DNA of 55,599 nucleotides, from the NCBI RefSeq assembly GCF_003704095.1, contig NW_020846447.1, positions 248,001-303,599 of the forward strand, in the 5' to 3' direction. Position numbers and translations under genes: made by a program. The notes under the pieces were generated by a model. It saw nothing but the letters and a program-made list of their open reading frames with translations, had not been told where the DNA came from and made no database searches. This document shows positions 13,457 to 23,571 of this stretch, piece by piece; position 1 is the first letter of the stretch, and each line of letters starts with the position of its first letter. The DNA is from Pocillopora damicornis (lineage: Eukaryota).

Positions 13457-16400
13457 ATGGCGGACGATTCGAAGGTAAAACAGTGTTTTCTGTTTTTATT
13501 TTTTTTTTTGCACATTTAAACTCAAAGCGGGGCCCAATTTTTGCAGTTCCTAAAGGAATTTCATATGGTATCACTTCCATGCGAGGAGCTCTATTTTCTT
13601 ATTTGTTGTTGTTTTTTTAAATTTGATTTAACATGTGATTTTCAAGGAAGAGAACAGTTTGTCTATTGACGAAACCCTCAAGTTAATGCCCTGTTGCCCA
13701 CGATGTATTTTACGACTTCTTGGAGAAAGAGACACCGACTCATACAAAGACAGTGTTGAGGTAAAACGCCGAAATCCTATCGTAAATTATCTATCAATGG
13801 AGTGCCCTCGTGGTGTACCCAGAATCCGAAGCCTTTAGACTTAATAGTGTGGCACCGGTACAATGGTTTTTTTCGGCGGTGGGGTCAGTTGAGTTGCACA
13901 TCTCCCTGATCTTCATATCTTCCCTACTCTCAATTTGTCCTCATTCTTTTAAATTTTAAACCCTCTTTCCCCATTTTATCCACACATCATGCACAATACA
14001 TTTTTGTTATTTACTTATAACTCACCTAGTGTTGAACTCGCAATCTGAAGTTCTCCATCGCTGGACTGCAACGACCTCGCAAAGACCTCTGCACTATAGT
14101 TTTTTTAAAAAATATTTGTCATTTCCCACCTCCCCCCTCCAGACTTTATTTTCATTTACAAATAGTTTTATTTCTATTGTAAACAGTCTTATTTCTATTG
14201 TAAACAGTTTTATCTATATTATTAATAGTTTTTCTTCGAATTGTCTGATTAGAATTTCATCTCCTATTCTATTTTTTATTTTAATTCACTTATCCATTTA
14301 TCTATTTTGCATTGTGAAATGCCAGTGAAGTAGCTGGTGCAGTCTTTTAAACTTAACCAAACAGCTAAGCGCATGGTTCCACACTGAATAAACTATTGTA
14401 TTATGTTTTGCATGTATTGTCTGTCATTCTTTAGAGAGAAATTGAGAGCATTTGTGTAGCTTGTCTTGGTATCTTGGAAAAGGCTAATGAAAGTGCTTTC
14501 ATTGATAAGGTAAGTTTGATAGAGATGAGTTAAATTGATATCCTGTCCATGCTCTTGTTCTTGACATGGAAATATTTTTATCTACAGGGCAAGGGTTTCT
14601 TTCTTTCTTTCTTTGAAAAAAGGGACAAAATAATGATCCAAAGTGGAGATGTTATTGGGAGAAAAATAAGATGTATCATCATATGACCTGTGCAGTCCTG
14701 ATTATGCTTTTATTGCAAAACATTTGACAAAAATCCCAGTAGGTCAGGCTGGGTGGGAAAGTTTTTGGCTCCTTAAGTCATGATATAGTGTATGGTTTAA
14801 AACCTAACACAACAGTTGGCCATGCAATGTAGTTGTTCTGTTTAGGGTATTTTCTTGAAATTAATCCTTTCAGTCCCAAGATCTTATTAGTAATTCCCCT
14901 TACTGTCTGTTATACAGCTCTTGTGATGTTAGTTCATAGAATTTGGTATTGAATCAACTAATAATCCCTTGACTGATATATTTCTATATTCTCATCACTT
15001 GCATACTTCATATTGTATTGATATTGTAAGGAGAAATTCTGCCTTCATCACTCATGGGAGTTAAAGGGTTAAGGGTGCTGTGGCTGAGAATTCCTGAGAT
15101 ATTGACAGCCTTAAGAGAGGTCATTATCAGAGTCAACTGAAGAGTTGTTTGGCAGTACTTCTCTGTTTATTTTAGATACAATCAGCAGTCAAGAGTAGTG
15201 GTCATCAGTTTGATAGTTTTGTGTTGGCTGTTTCTGTGTCGCATTCCTTGACTCTTCGCCAGGTATGGTCCAATAAGTAGTTGATACATTAATTCAATCA
15301 ATATGAAATTACATCTTTAATTTTTGAGTTAGATCATTCACTAATAATTTTTGTGGTTAATAAAAATTTCAAAATAATATAAAATCATTGTGTAGATAGT
15401 TGATTGAAAATAACTTCTTTATTTGTTATCACAACAAGTGAAACCCAAAATTTGATCCTGCTTAAGAATAAGTGTAAAACTGAAAGTGTAATCCTGAGTA
15501 CTTTTGTTGCATGTATATCTTAGAAGAGACTTTTTAATTTTGTTTATAGCACTCATTATCCATATTTCTACAAGAAAAATTCAGGTAAGTGTTGTTGGGT
15601 GGCTTTCCTTTACTCAATAATAATTTTTCTAAATGATTTGACTGTGGCGTGAAGACATATGGTAGGTTGCGTTTTAATCTGCACAGTTCACTGAGCTTGA
15701 ATTATCTCATGGGTCTTTTATTCAGAGGGAGATTTAGGAAGTAGGCTTCCTTGCTTGGCTGAAGAGAAATGGCTGTGAACAGAGTATTGGGATAGTTCAG
15801 GGGTAGCTGAGGCACTTCCTCAAAATGTACCTGTTCTTTGACTGGGGTGAACATCTTTTGTGACGTACACCCTTTACCTAAAGGTTAAATTTATATTTCA
15901 GAAAATGCAAGAGGGCCAAATTCTTGTTTTCCTTCATGGGGCTTTTCTAAGTACTAATATTTTGTTTGATAATGTGGGATAAATATTATTATTTTATCCT
16001 CCCGATAAATATTTTCTTTTGGTTTGCGTTACAGTTCAGCATTTGACAGAAAGGAACTGGATGAGATCCCAAGAGTCAAGGATGTGTTCAAATGGGTTCT
16101 TGGTCCAAAACTAGAGGAAAGATTACAAGTTAACTACAAGCCATTGGTAAGTTCTAGAGATCAGGTGTGATCTTCAATCCAAACTAGAAACAGAAGACAA
16201 GAAGGTTAGGGAGAATTGAACAAGATCAGCAAAGCAAAAGCAATTGTGTAAGGGTCTATTTGGTTACATTTGGATGTTAATCCTTTACACCCTGAGAGCA
16301 GTAAGCATATTCTCTGTACTGTTATATACATTTCCTTCCAATGACAAGAGGAATTAGTTTGACTGTCAAGAGCTACTTCAGATGGTGATCATTTCCCTCA

Positions 16401-19400
16401 TTCTCATGACCTTAATGGTGATTGAGCAGTGAGATTGTGTGAAGAAATTAGATGCTAGTTACTCTCAGGCTTACAGGGTTCAAGGTAGTAGAAGGAAATA
16501 GATATTTTTATTAACTCTTGCTTGTATTTTTTACAGGTTAACCAAGCTCAAAGTCTACTATCCTCTTTCCTCGGTTAACACATTCCTCACGATTGACATG
16601 GGATATTCTAACAGTGTGCCATATGCTTGTCATACATTACCAGAGCGCAATCTTCCCTTCCCCCCCTCTCCCTTGGCACTGTGCCTTTATATTTACTCTT
16701 AATCAACTCACAATATTCCTGTTTGGTTAAAAGAAAAAGACTGCCATACAAGCCAGTGGTAAAGGGTCTGACCTTAAATTCTAAAGCTCTGAGGTTTGAA
16801 TCCTCATTAGCAACTAAAAATTTTCCCATTAGTTTTTGTGGTGCTTAAAAACACTTTTGAATGATTGATAGAAGTTTTTATTTCTTCTAAAGAGCCCCTT
16901 CAAGATTTCATTGGATTTTACCCATAAAGATGCAGAGAGAGAGGTTGAGTTTCTGTAAGTACTTGCATGTACCTAGGTAAACATTGAATATAACTTTTTA
17001 AATTTCTTTTATCTTCAAACGTCCAATAGAGAGGAAGGTCTGCAACAGGAAATTATGTTGATATTTATTTGTATTATTTCTCAAGCATAGAAATTTGATG
17101 ATGTAAGTATTCATCCTTTATGGTAAGGCATGAGATGGGTTTTTGTTTGATGAAAGATTTCTACCTTTTTTCCTGTAATGAGTAGAAATGATTCACCAAA
17201 GTCAAGGCTGCGACAACGGAGGAAACGACGTAAAACAGAAGTAAGTCATTTATTAGATCTATGACTTCACTTTGTTTTGAAACAGTCAGAAAAGTTGTAA
17301 CAATTATGCTGCAAGCTGATTATCTTTAAATGTATCTATATGGTGGTTTCAATTGTGGCAACCAGTTTCAATTCATTTTTATTTGCTTCAGACTATGTTG
17401 ATGAGTAGAGGAAACATTTAAAAAAAATTTAAAAGTCAAATTGGAAAGTGTTGAAAGCGCGGGAAAACGCGACTGACCAAGTTGCCATTGGTTTTAGTAT
17501 CGAATTCTGATTGGTTGAGAGGATGCCGCGGGTTTTTTGAGACCAATCAAAGCGCAAGTAAAGCAAAACCAAAGAAATCCCGGATTACTCTTAACACTCA
17601 GTTGAAATGTCCCTCTTTGGTTTTCTGTCAGAACAATCCAGAGCAAGGAAAACTTTCATCGTCATCTGTCAACAAAGCTCTTGCGGAACTATCAACTGTG
17701 GATCTCCTAAAAAGGTAGCTGTGACACTACTTAAACATTTTAGCAGTGCAGTTTTACCGATGTTTATCGCTCTGACGTAGGGCTAACGCTCGAAACTTCA
17801 GCTTTGAAACTCTTTACGGTTGCTTGTTTACGTTATCAACACAGTTGATAAAACCAAAGTATCTTGTTATTCTCCCCTACCAATGCAGCACCATAGTCCT
17901 TTAGAAACTTACCCTCTTTTTCGATTTTTTTATCGCTGTTTCCTCTTCACGTCCTTGCGTAGAAAAAGAAGAAAGACACGATTTTTTTCTCGGTCGTCGA
18001 GTGAAAAAGTTGAAGGAAATATTTACTCCAATCTCTTTCCCCTGCTAGCTGACCCTTTGATGTTAATCCTGTTTATTTTCCTTCAGAGTCACCGACTGCC
18101 CACCAAAGTCAGCTCAGTCACCCATTGAGTTATCACAGATAACATGTGGTCACGATTCCATCTATATTGCAGGTTTGTAAACAATAAATATTGGAGGTAC
18201 ACTTGATGGGATCGAAGATTTTGGGAAGAAATCATTCACATACTGATTGTTTTGTTTAATTATATTTGTATGGACTTTAGGAAGATACAACAAGTATTCA
18301 CGAACTCTTCCTCAAACGCCTTGGTTAATCGACAACGTTCGACTCCGCGAGTCGTCAGTTGAGGTAATGTTTAACCTTAAAACTTGCACAGTTGATGAAC
18401 ATGTAATCTTTCCTTTCAAACTTAATGCATAAACAAGAAAACAGCTGAAGAGAAGATACAAAGCTATCAGCTACATGGTTATTTTAAATATGAAGTCAAA
18501 TTCTCCCAAACGTATGCACAAGGAAATGTATAGTAGTGAGAAATAATCCAGTCATACACATTTTAGAGATAGTAAGTCTTCGTAAATGAAGTGGTTAATT
18601 CAGGTTTTCAATAACTTTTTTCATAAGCGACTGCCAATTAATGGTGTAATGGGAGGCTAAACAGACGGCTGTAAGAGGTCTTATGGGCAGCGGTCAACCG
18701 CTTGGCACCGGCTTTGATTGAAACCTCTGTCTAATGGGAATGTTTCCTAATTCTAAACCGGATTAAATGAAATAAACGTCATTAAGTTCTGTCTAACATC
18801 TTTCTTTCAATATCATGTCGTCTGCTTTTCTGCAGGAAAAAATATGTGACCTCCTGACAGCCAAGGTCAGGTGTGACGGTATGTATCCACTGTGTGTTGT
18901 GAGGGGGTAGGGTGGGTACGAGTTGTTTATTAGACATGTGATAAGGACGCTGATACGCGTTAGAGCGGCTGGGTTTGAGACCTTATTTTTTTCTTTATGG
19001 GGAGGAAAATATGTTAGGAAAAGTCACACCTCTACTTCCAAACGTACTCTGTTTGTTTCATTCAAATGTTCATGAATTATTTTTTGCAGATCATAAATTC
19101 GCCTCCGCCGGACGAGAAGACGTTGACGTGCGCATGCTCGGTAACGGTATGTTGGCGCCACATGTTTTTTCAAGCTAACTCAGATACGCACATTGGAACA
19201 TTAGATTCTACTCATAGATGATTATCTCGGTAGTACAGCATCAATTAGTTGCGGTTGTTGCTTAGCCCTTTTTTATACTTAGTTTGTTCTACACTTGTTT
19301 TAAAGCACAAGGCATCGTTTCAATATTCCTGATGAATTTGGTTTCATGTGGCTAGTAAGTGAGTATGTCCTTATTATTGCTAGTTTCTGAGACCAATGGT

Positions 19401-22400
19401 TAGATTCCCTTCAAAATCTCAAATTTTTAGGCTTACTTTAATCAAGTTCTTTTAATGCAGCTCACCTTAGGATATTATTGTTTTGATAATATTTTACAGA
19501 TAGAAGAAAGATCGTTTCAGAGTTTAATTGTCTTGATCTTCTAGGGCTCGAACCTAGACGTTACAGTCCAGAATCTGTTACCCCTTACCGTGCCTTCTAC
19601 AACTTTTAATGCGAGTATATGTTCAAAATCACAGGAAGGCCCTTTCTGGTTGAACTGATCAATCCGCGCATTACTCGTCTGAAGGAGTCTTTCTTCGCTG
19701 AACTTCAAAGAGAAATAAACTCTTCATGTTCCGACGTTGCCATCAGAGACCTCCAGCAGGTTACAAAGTAAGTGATCATGTAGCCATACGTTATTTTATT
19801 TTACAGAAATTCCAAGTGCGTATTTTTTAGATTAAGTCGAAGTTGTTTTCACTGTACGTGTAGAGAGTTTTGTTATTGAGATTGCCGCAACTTTATGTTG
19901 TAGGGAGCAGTGTCTCGCCCTGAAAGACGCGGAAACAAACAAGACTAAAACTTATCGGTAAGTCAACAACAATTCGTGGTGGGGTTACATATGATAACGC
20001 AAATTTTTTACAATCCCGCTAACTAGAAAAAAAAAAAGAAAAGAAAACGCGTGAAGAGACGGGCAAAACGTTTGAGTCTAGACTCCAATCCCTACCATCC
20101 CCTCCCCCCCTACCTCTTCCAATTCCACTTCCTCGAAAGGAATATTGATGCTTCTCCTTAAACTGCTTCTCCGTCTGCAGGGCGTTGATATGGACTGAAA
20201 ACGAAGTTACTGAAGAACAGCTTCAGAAACTTAATGACATGAAGGTAGAGCCTTTTCGTCCCTATATTTAAACTCTGATCATGAGCGGTAACTTCGCCGC
20301 ACACAGTGTATGGTTTGAATAACTAACTTCTTCCTGGCGTGGGATTGTCACGTTAATGACCGAAAGAGACCTTGGGGAGTTAAAAACTAACTTTACGTAA
20401 TTAGTCCTGTAAGAAATATGCTGCACTTTCTAATTGTTTACTGGTATCGACTACATAGGCAAAAGGTTTTTCACCAATCATAATTCAAATAGTGTGTCAT
20501 TTTATCGCAGTTCTTCGTAACCATCCCTACAAAACAAAACGTTTCTGATTTGTGGACACGATTCTCGGATGACACACCTGTGAAAAAACCGTGGGTAGCA
20601 AAAGAAAATATCGTAGGAACTTGTCATAATGGAGTAACTTTTTCATAAATTATCTTGCCTGCATAGAGTTTTAATTAAATCGACAACTGATTAATTTAGA
20701 TTATTGGAGTCTGACTTTATTTTCTGTTCCTTCACATAGGATGTAAAGATTTATCAGAAAACTCCTTTGCGTGTATTGCACAGGTGAGTGATTACTTTCC
20801 TTTATGTTGAAGTGTATCTGTCTATCTGAATCTCAAGATGTTTAGCCTTTTTTAATGTGATAACTCCATTCCTATTAGAAAAAGAGGCACGCAATGGGTA
20901 AGCTAGTCTACGGAAGTCTTTGTTTTTAGCGAGTATCAAGTGTCCTCTTATGAGGCTCAAATATCCCCTTATAAGGTTCGCTTCTCTATAAGTGGAATTT
21001 CTTATGCACCAATTTTAATTGAAAAGGTCGCTGAAATACGAGGAAAACCCATAGAGGGTTCATTTTGCAGAGCTTAAGGTGATGTGACTGGAGACAAACG
21101 TGGGTGATGTGACTCATGAAATGAGTGATGCTGCCATGACATGTTACCAATTCGTCGAAAACTGATACTTTAAACCGGCCAGAAAAAAAAGCTACCCAAA
21201 CAAGGCATAGCTCTTTGTAAATAGGCCATTTAATGTTGTGATAAAGATAACGATTGTGATGCTAAAATCAAAACTGCCACTTCCCTGATGAAATTGATGA
21301 GAACGTTCACGTACGGACTCACGGGTACGATGACAAGGAGCCTTCGTCGCATTGGGTACCGTAGACTCCAAATCGATAATTATTGTGGGATTGGTTGAAA
21401 ATGATAGATCTGTTTTTTCAGTAGTAAACCACTTAACTCCTAAGAGTGACTAGCATCTAATTTCTCCTTACCGTAGCGCCTTGAATCAAACATTACGGTT
21501 ACGAGAATAAAGGAAATGATCACCAACTAAAGAAATTCTGATTGTTAAAGAAATTCTCCTTGCCAGCGCCTTAGGAAATACTCAGAAAACACTATGGGGA
21601 ATATTAATCCTGATGTTAGGGTGTTAGAGGGTTAAAATACTTGATCAGGCTTGTAAATAATCAACTGCTTAACCCATGCTTGGGAAGTTTTTAAATCATG
21701 TTATATTTGCTTTTGGTATTTTTTTATGTTTAATCGAGTGTCGCAGCTGTTAACTACATGTAGTTGTAAAGCTTACTGCACCTCCCTGTTTGGAAGGAAA
21801 GGTTGATTAGCGTTAAAACGTCTTAAGGTTCTTTTTTTATTTTTTTTTTGGTTTGTAGGCGTCCTTTGGCTGTGAGGGAGCGATACATTTTTAGCATGAA
21901 ATCAGAACGGATCGACTCCAATCACTGGAATCTTTTTCTTAAAACCCAGGCAGGAACGTATCCTAATGCCCTAACATCCGCTTTCCTCGTGAACATTAAT
22001 TTACTGGGAAGGCTGTCGAAGGAAGTACGGCATGTTACATTTAGAATTGCACTTGTTTACAATGATACGGTATAACGAGTGATAGCAGAAGACGTTTTCC
22101 TTAACTTTTGTCAAGTTATATCAAAGAGTTTGTTCATGGAGACTTCGGAAGAACGAAACCAAGCTTGGGAGATTTGTTAAACGCTGAAACGGACATTTTA
22201 GAACTGGATGTAGAGGTAGGATTGTAATGATTACTTAAAGTAAATGTGTGACTTCAACAACTTGGTAACTCTGATGAGATGAAAGTGATAATGCTTCGGT
22301 GTGGTGTACTGAACATCTGCATTTCATTGGGAATAAACAAAGTCCCCTCGCAAACCACAAATGCCCCGTTATCGTTCTCATTGTACTCAAGATACCTATC

Positions 22401-22595
22401 ACTTTTAAACTTATTACATGGCCGAGCTCACGAACATCTGAAATCATACTCGCATCACAGCAAATTGGTAGACATAATTAGACCGTCAAAAGTGCTTTTG
22501 TTTTCTAATTTTTGATTTGTTTTTGTTTTCAGTCAGTGGATGTCGACTGGCCTCCAAGGAAAGATGATAACAGTGCATTAAACGACAAAAGTTAA
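13457..22595 (+). CDS. PUS10: tRNA pseudouridine synthase Pus10 (about 488 aa)
   Basis: Exons 13457-13474, 13647-13760, 14435-14509, 15176-15262, 15550-15584, 16035-16146, 16893-16954, 17186-17240, 17632-17714, 18087-18172, 18281-18363, 18836-18878, 19090-19146, 19635-19767, 19904-19957, 20181-20244, 20740-20783, 21859-21957, 22116-22215, 22533-22595, all phase-compatible. Motifs: CPRC and CVAC (Zn), GRYNKYSRTLPQTPW, GREDVDVRMLG (catalytic Asp), QKTPLRVLHRR, TQAGTYIKEFVHGDFGRT, DVDWPP. Confidence 0.95.
14150..14232. repeat. Tandem repeat, about 4 x 21 bp
   Basis: TTTCTATTGTAAACAGT(C/T)TTA units. Confidence 0.7.
14861..15072. mobile_element. TTAA-flanked piggyBac-like MITE, subfamily 1
   Basis: TTAATCCTTTCAGTCCCA...TGGGAGTTAAAGGGTTAA: inverted termini with TTAA at both ends. 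Confidence 0.75.
16277..16482. mobile_element. TTAA-flanked MITE, subfamily 2
   Basis: TTAATCCTTTACACCC...CAGGGTTCA; homologous to 45945-46142 and to the reverse complement of 21425-21635. Confidence 0.65.
17449..17608. repeat. Dispersed MITE-like repeat; longer copy at about 36505-36775
   Basis: AAAGCGCGGGAAAACGCG...GATTGGTTGAGAG...GACCAATCA...AAGTAAAGCAAAACCA...CGGATTAC...CTCAGTT is shared by both loci. Confidence 0.7.
17769..17920 (+). mobile_element. Dispersed repeat with a degenerate minimal hammerhead ribozyme (Penelope-like element LTR / retrozyme-like)
   Basis: 17769-17802: GCT-CTGACGT-A-GGGC-TAAC-GCTC-GAAAC-TTC-AGC. The downstream part (ATCAACACAGTTGATAAAACCAAA...GCAGCACCATAGTCCTTTAGAAACTTACC) recurs at about 1768-1901, 3325-3435 and 34820-34858. 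Confidence 0.65.
21425..21635. mobile_element. TTAA-flanked MITE, subfamily 2 (reverse orientation)
   Basis: ACTCCTAAGAGTGACTAGCATCTAATTTCTCC...AGGAAATGATCACCAACT...GAGGGTTAA. Confidence 0.65.
21958..22115 (+). other. U12-type (minor spliceosome) GT-AG intron in PUS10
   Basis: 5' site GTATCCTA, branch sequence TTTTCCTTAAC at 22095-22105 lying 10 nt before the intron end, and no long pyrimidine tract. Removing it restores QAGT|YIKEF. Confidence 0.92.
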
Positions 22596-22749
22596 CTTGG
22601 TTGTCGAATGCCTCCTAATTTTTACACGCGAACCGCTGGTCAGAGAGTCTGGTCAGCATTAAAAACATTTGGCGTCACCTCATATCAGGCAAAATGGCGG
22701 AGTGCTGTGGAGGCGTTTTGCGTCGCGATGAACCAAAAGAAGTAAGACT

Positions 22750-22867
22750 ATCATGACGACGATAACGTTACGATGATGATGACAATGATCACGATGACTA
22801 TGAAGATGATGACGATGACGACGGCCAATAATGATGACGACGATGATGATAATGACGATGATGATAA
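22750..22867. repeat. (GAT/GAC)n trinucleotide microsatellite downstream of PUS10
   Basis: Imperfect GATGATGACGAT run. Confidence 0.8.
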
Positions 22868-23571
22868 TTCATGGTGTCATGAGAGTAGTATCAGCGAGCA
22901 TTTGCTAATGAGGCCCTAATTGGAAACAAAGAATTGTTCCTAGAGCAAGCTTCCGAAATCAAGAAGCTAATGAATTACAACCCTGTGCTTAGGATTTATC
23001 TTATATAGTTTGTCTTGAAGACGCGCCCTTAAAACGAATCAGAAGACCTATTTGCTCAGATAATTCTTTTTTGTTTTGTATTTGATGTTTGAAACACATA
23101 TACATCAGTCAAACATGTTGTTTACTTTCCCGTCTGGCAACTACCGATTAAAAAATATACTTGCAGACGTCTAAACGATAACAACACCATTCTTGTATTC
23201 GGGTTTTGCCTATACTTAGGGTAAAATAAGTCTTAATATTGCAGTCAAAGGTGCAAATAGTGTAAAAGTAAATATTATCTTGGTTGTAAGACTGGCTGAA
23301 TGAGGCGATTCTCATTTTCTATCTAAAAATATGAGCTTACTGCCTCATAGCCCGTCTGTATCCTCCATAACTAGTCTAATTAAAAGTGTTTACAACGTAA
23401 CATAAAACAGTTTCACATGATCATAAAAGGCTTGAAAGCCTTGGTTAGACAGTCTTTATCTAATCTAAATGTCTATACTACGACGTTAATTAGCCTAACA
23501 TGACACCCAGCGTAATCATAACTGCGAACAACGGAGGCAGTAACGAAATCATTAAGCGTGACCGTCTACAG

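Noticed and set aside
16608-16848. Overlapping ORFs on both strands in a PUS10 intron
   Set aside because: No recognisable protein; 16741-16815 looks like a decayed tRNA/SINE head (CCAGTGGTAAAG...GGTTTGAATCC).
22750-22867. Poly-Asp coding exon
   Set aside because: No splice sites or gene context; a simple microsatellite.
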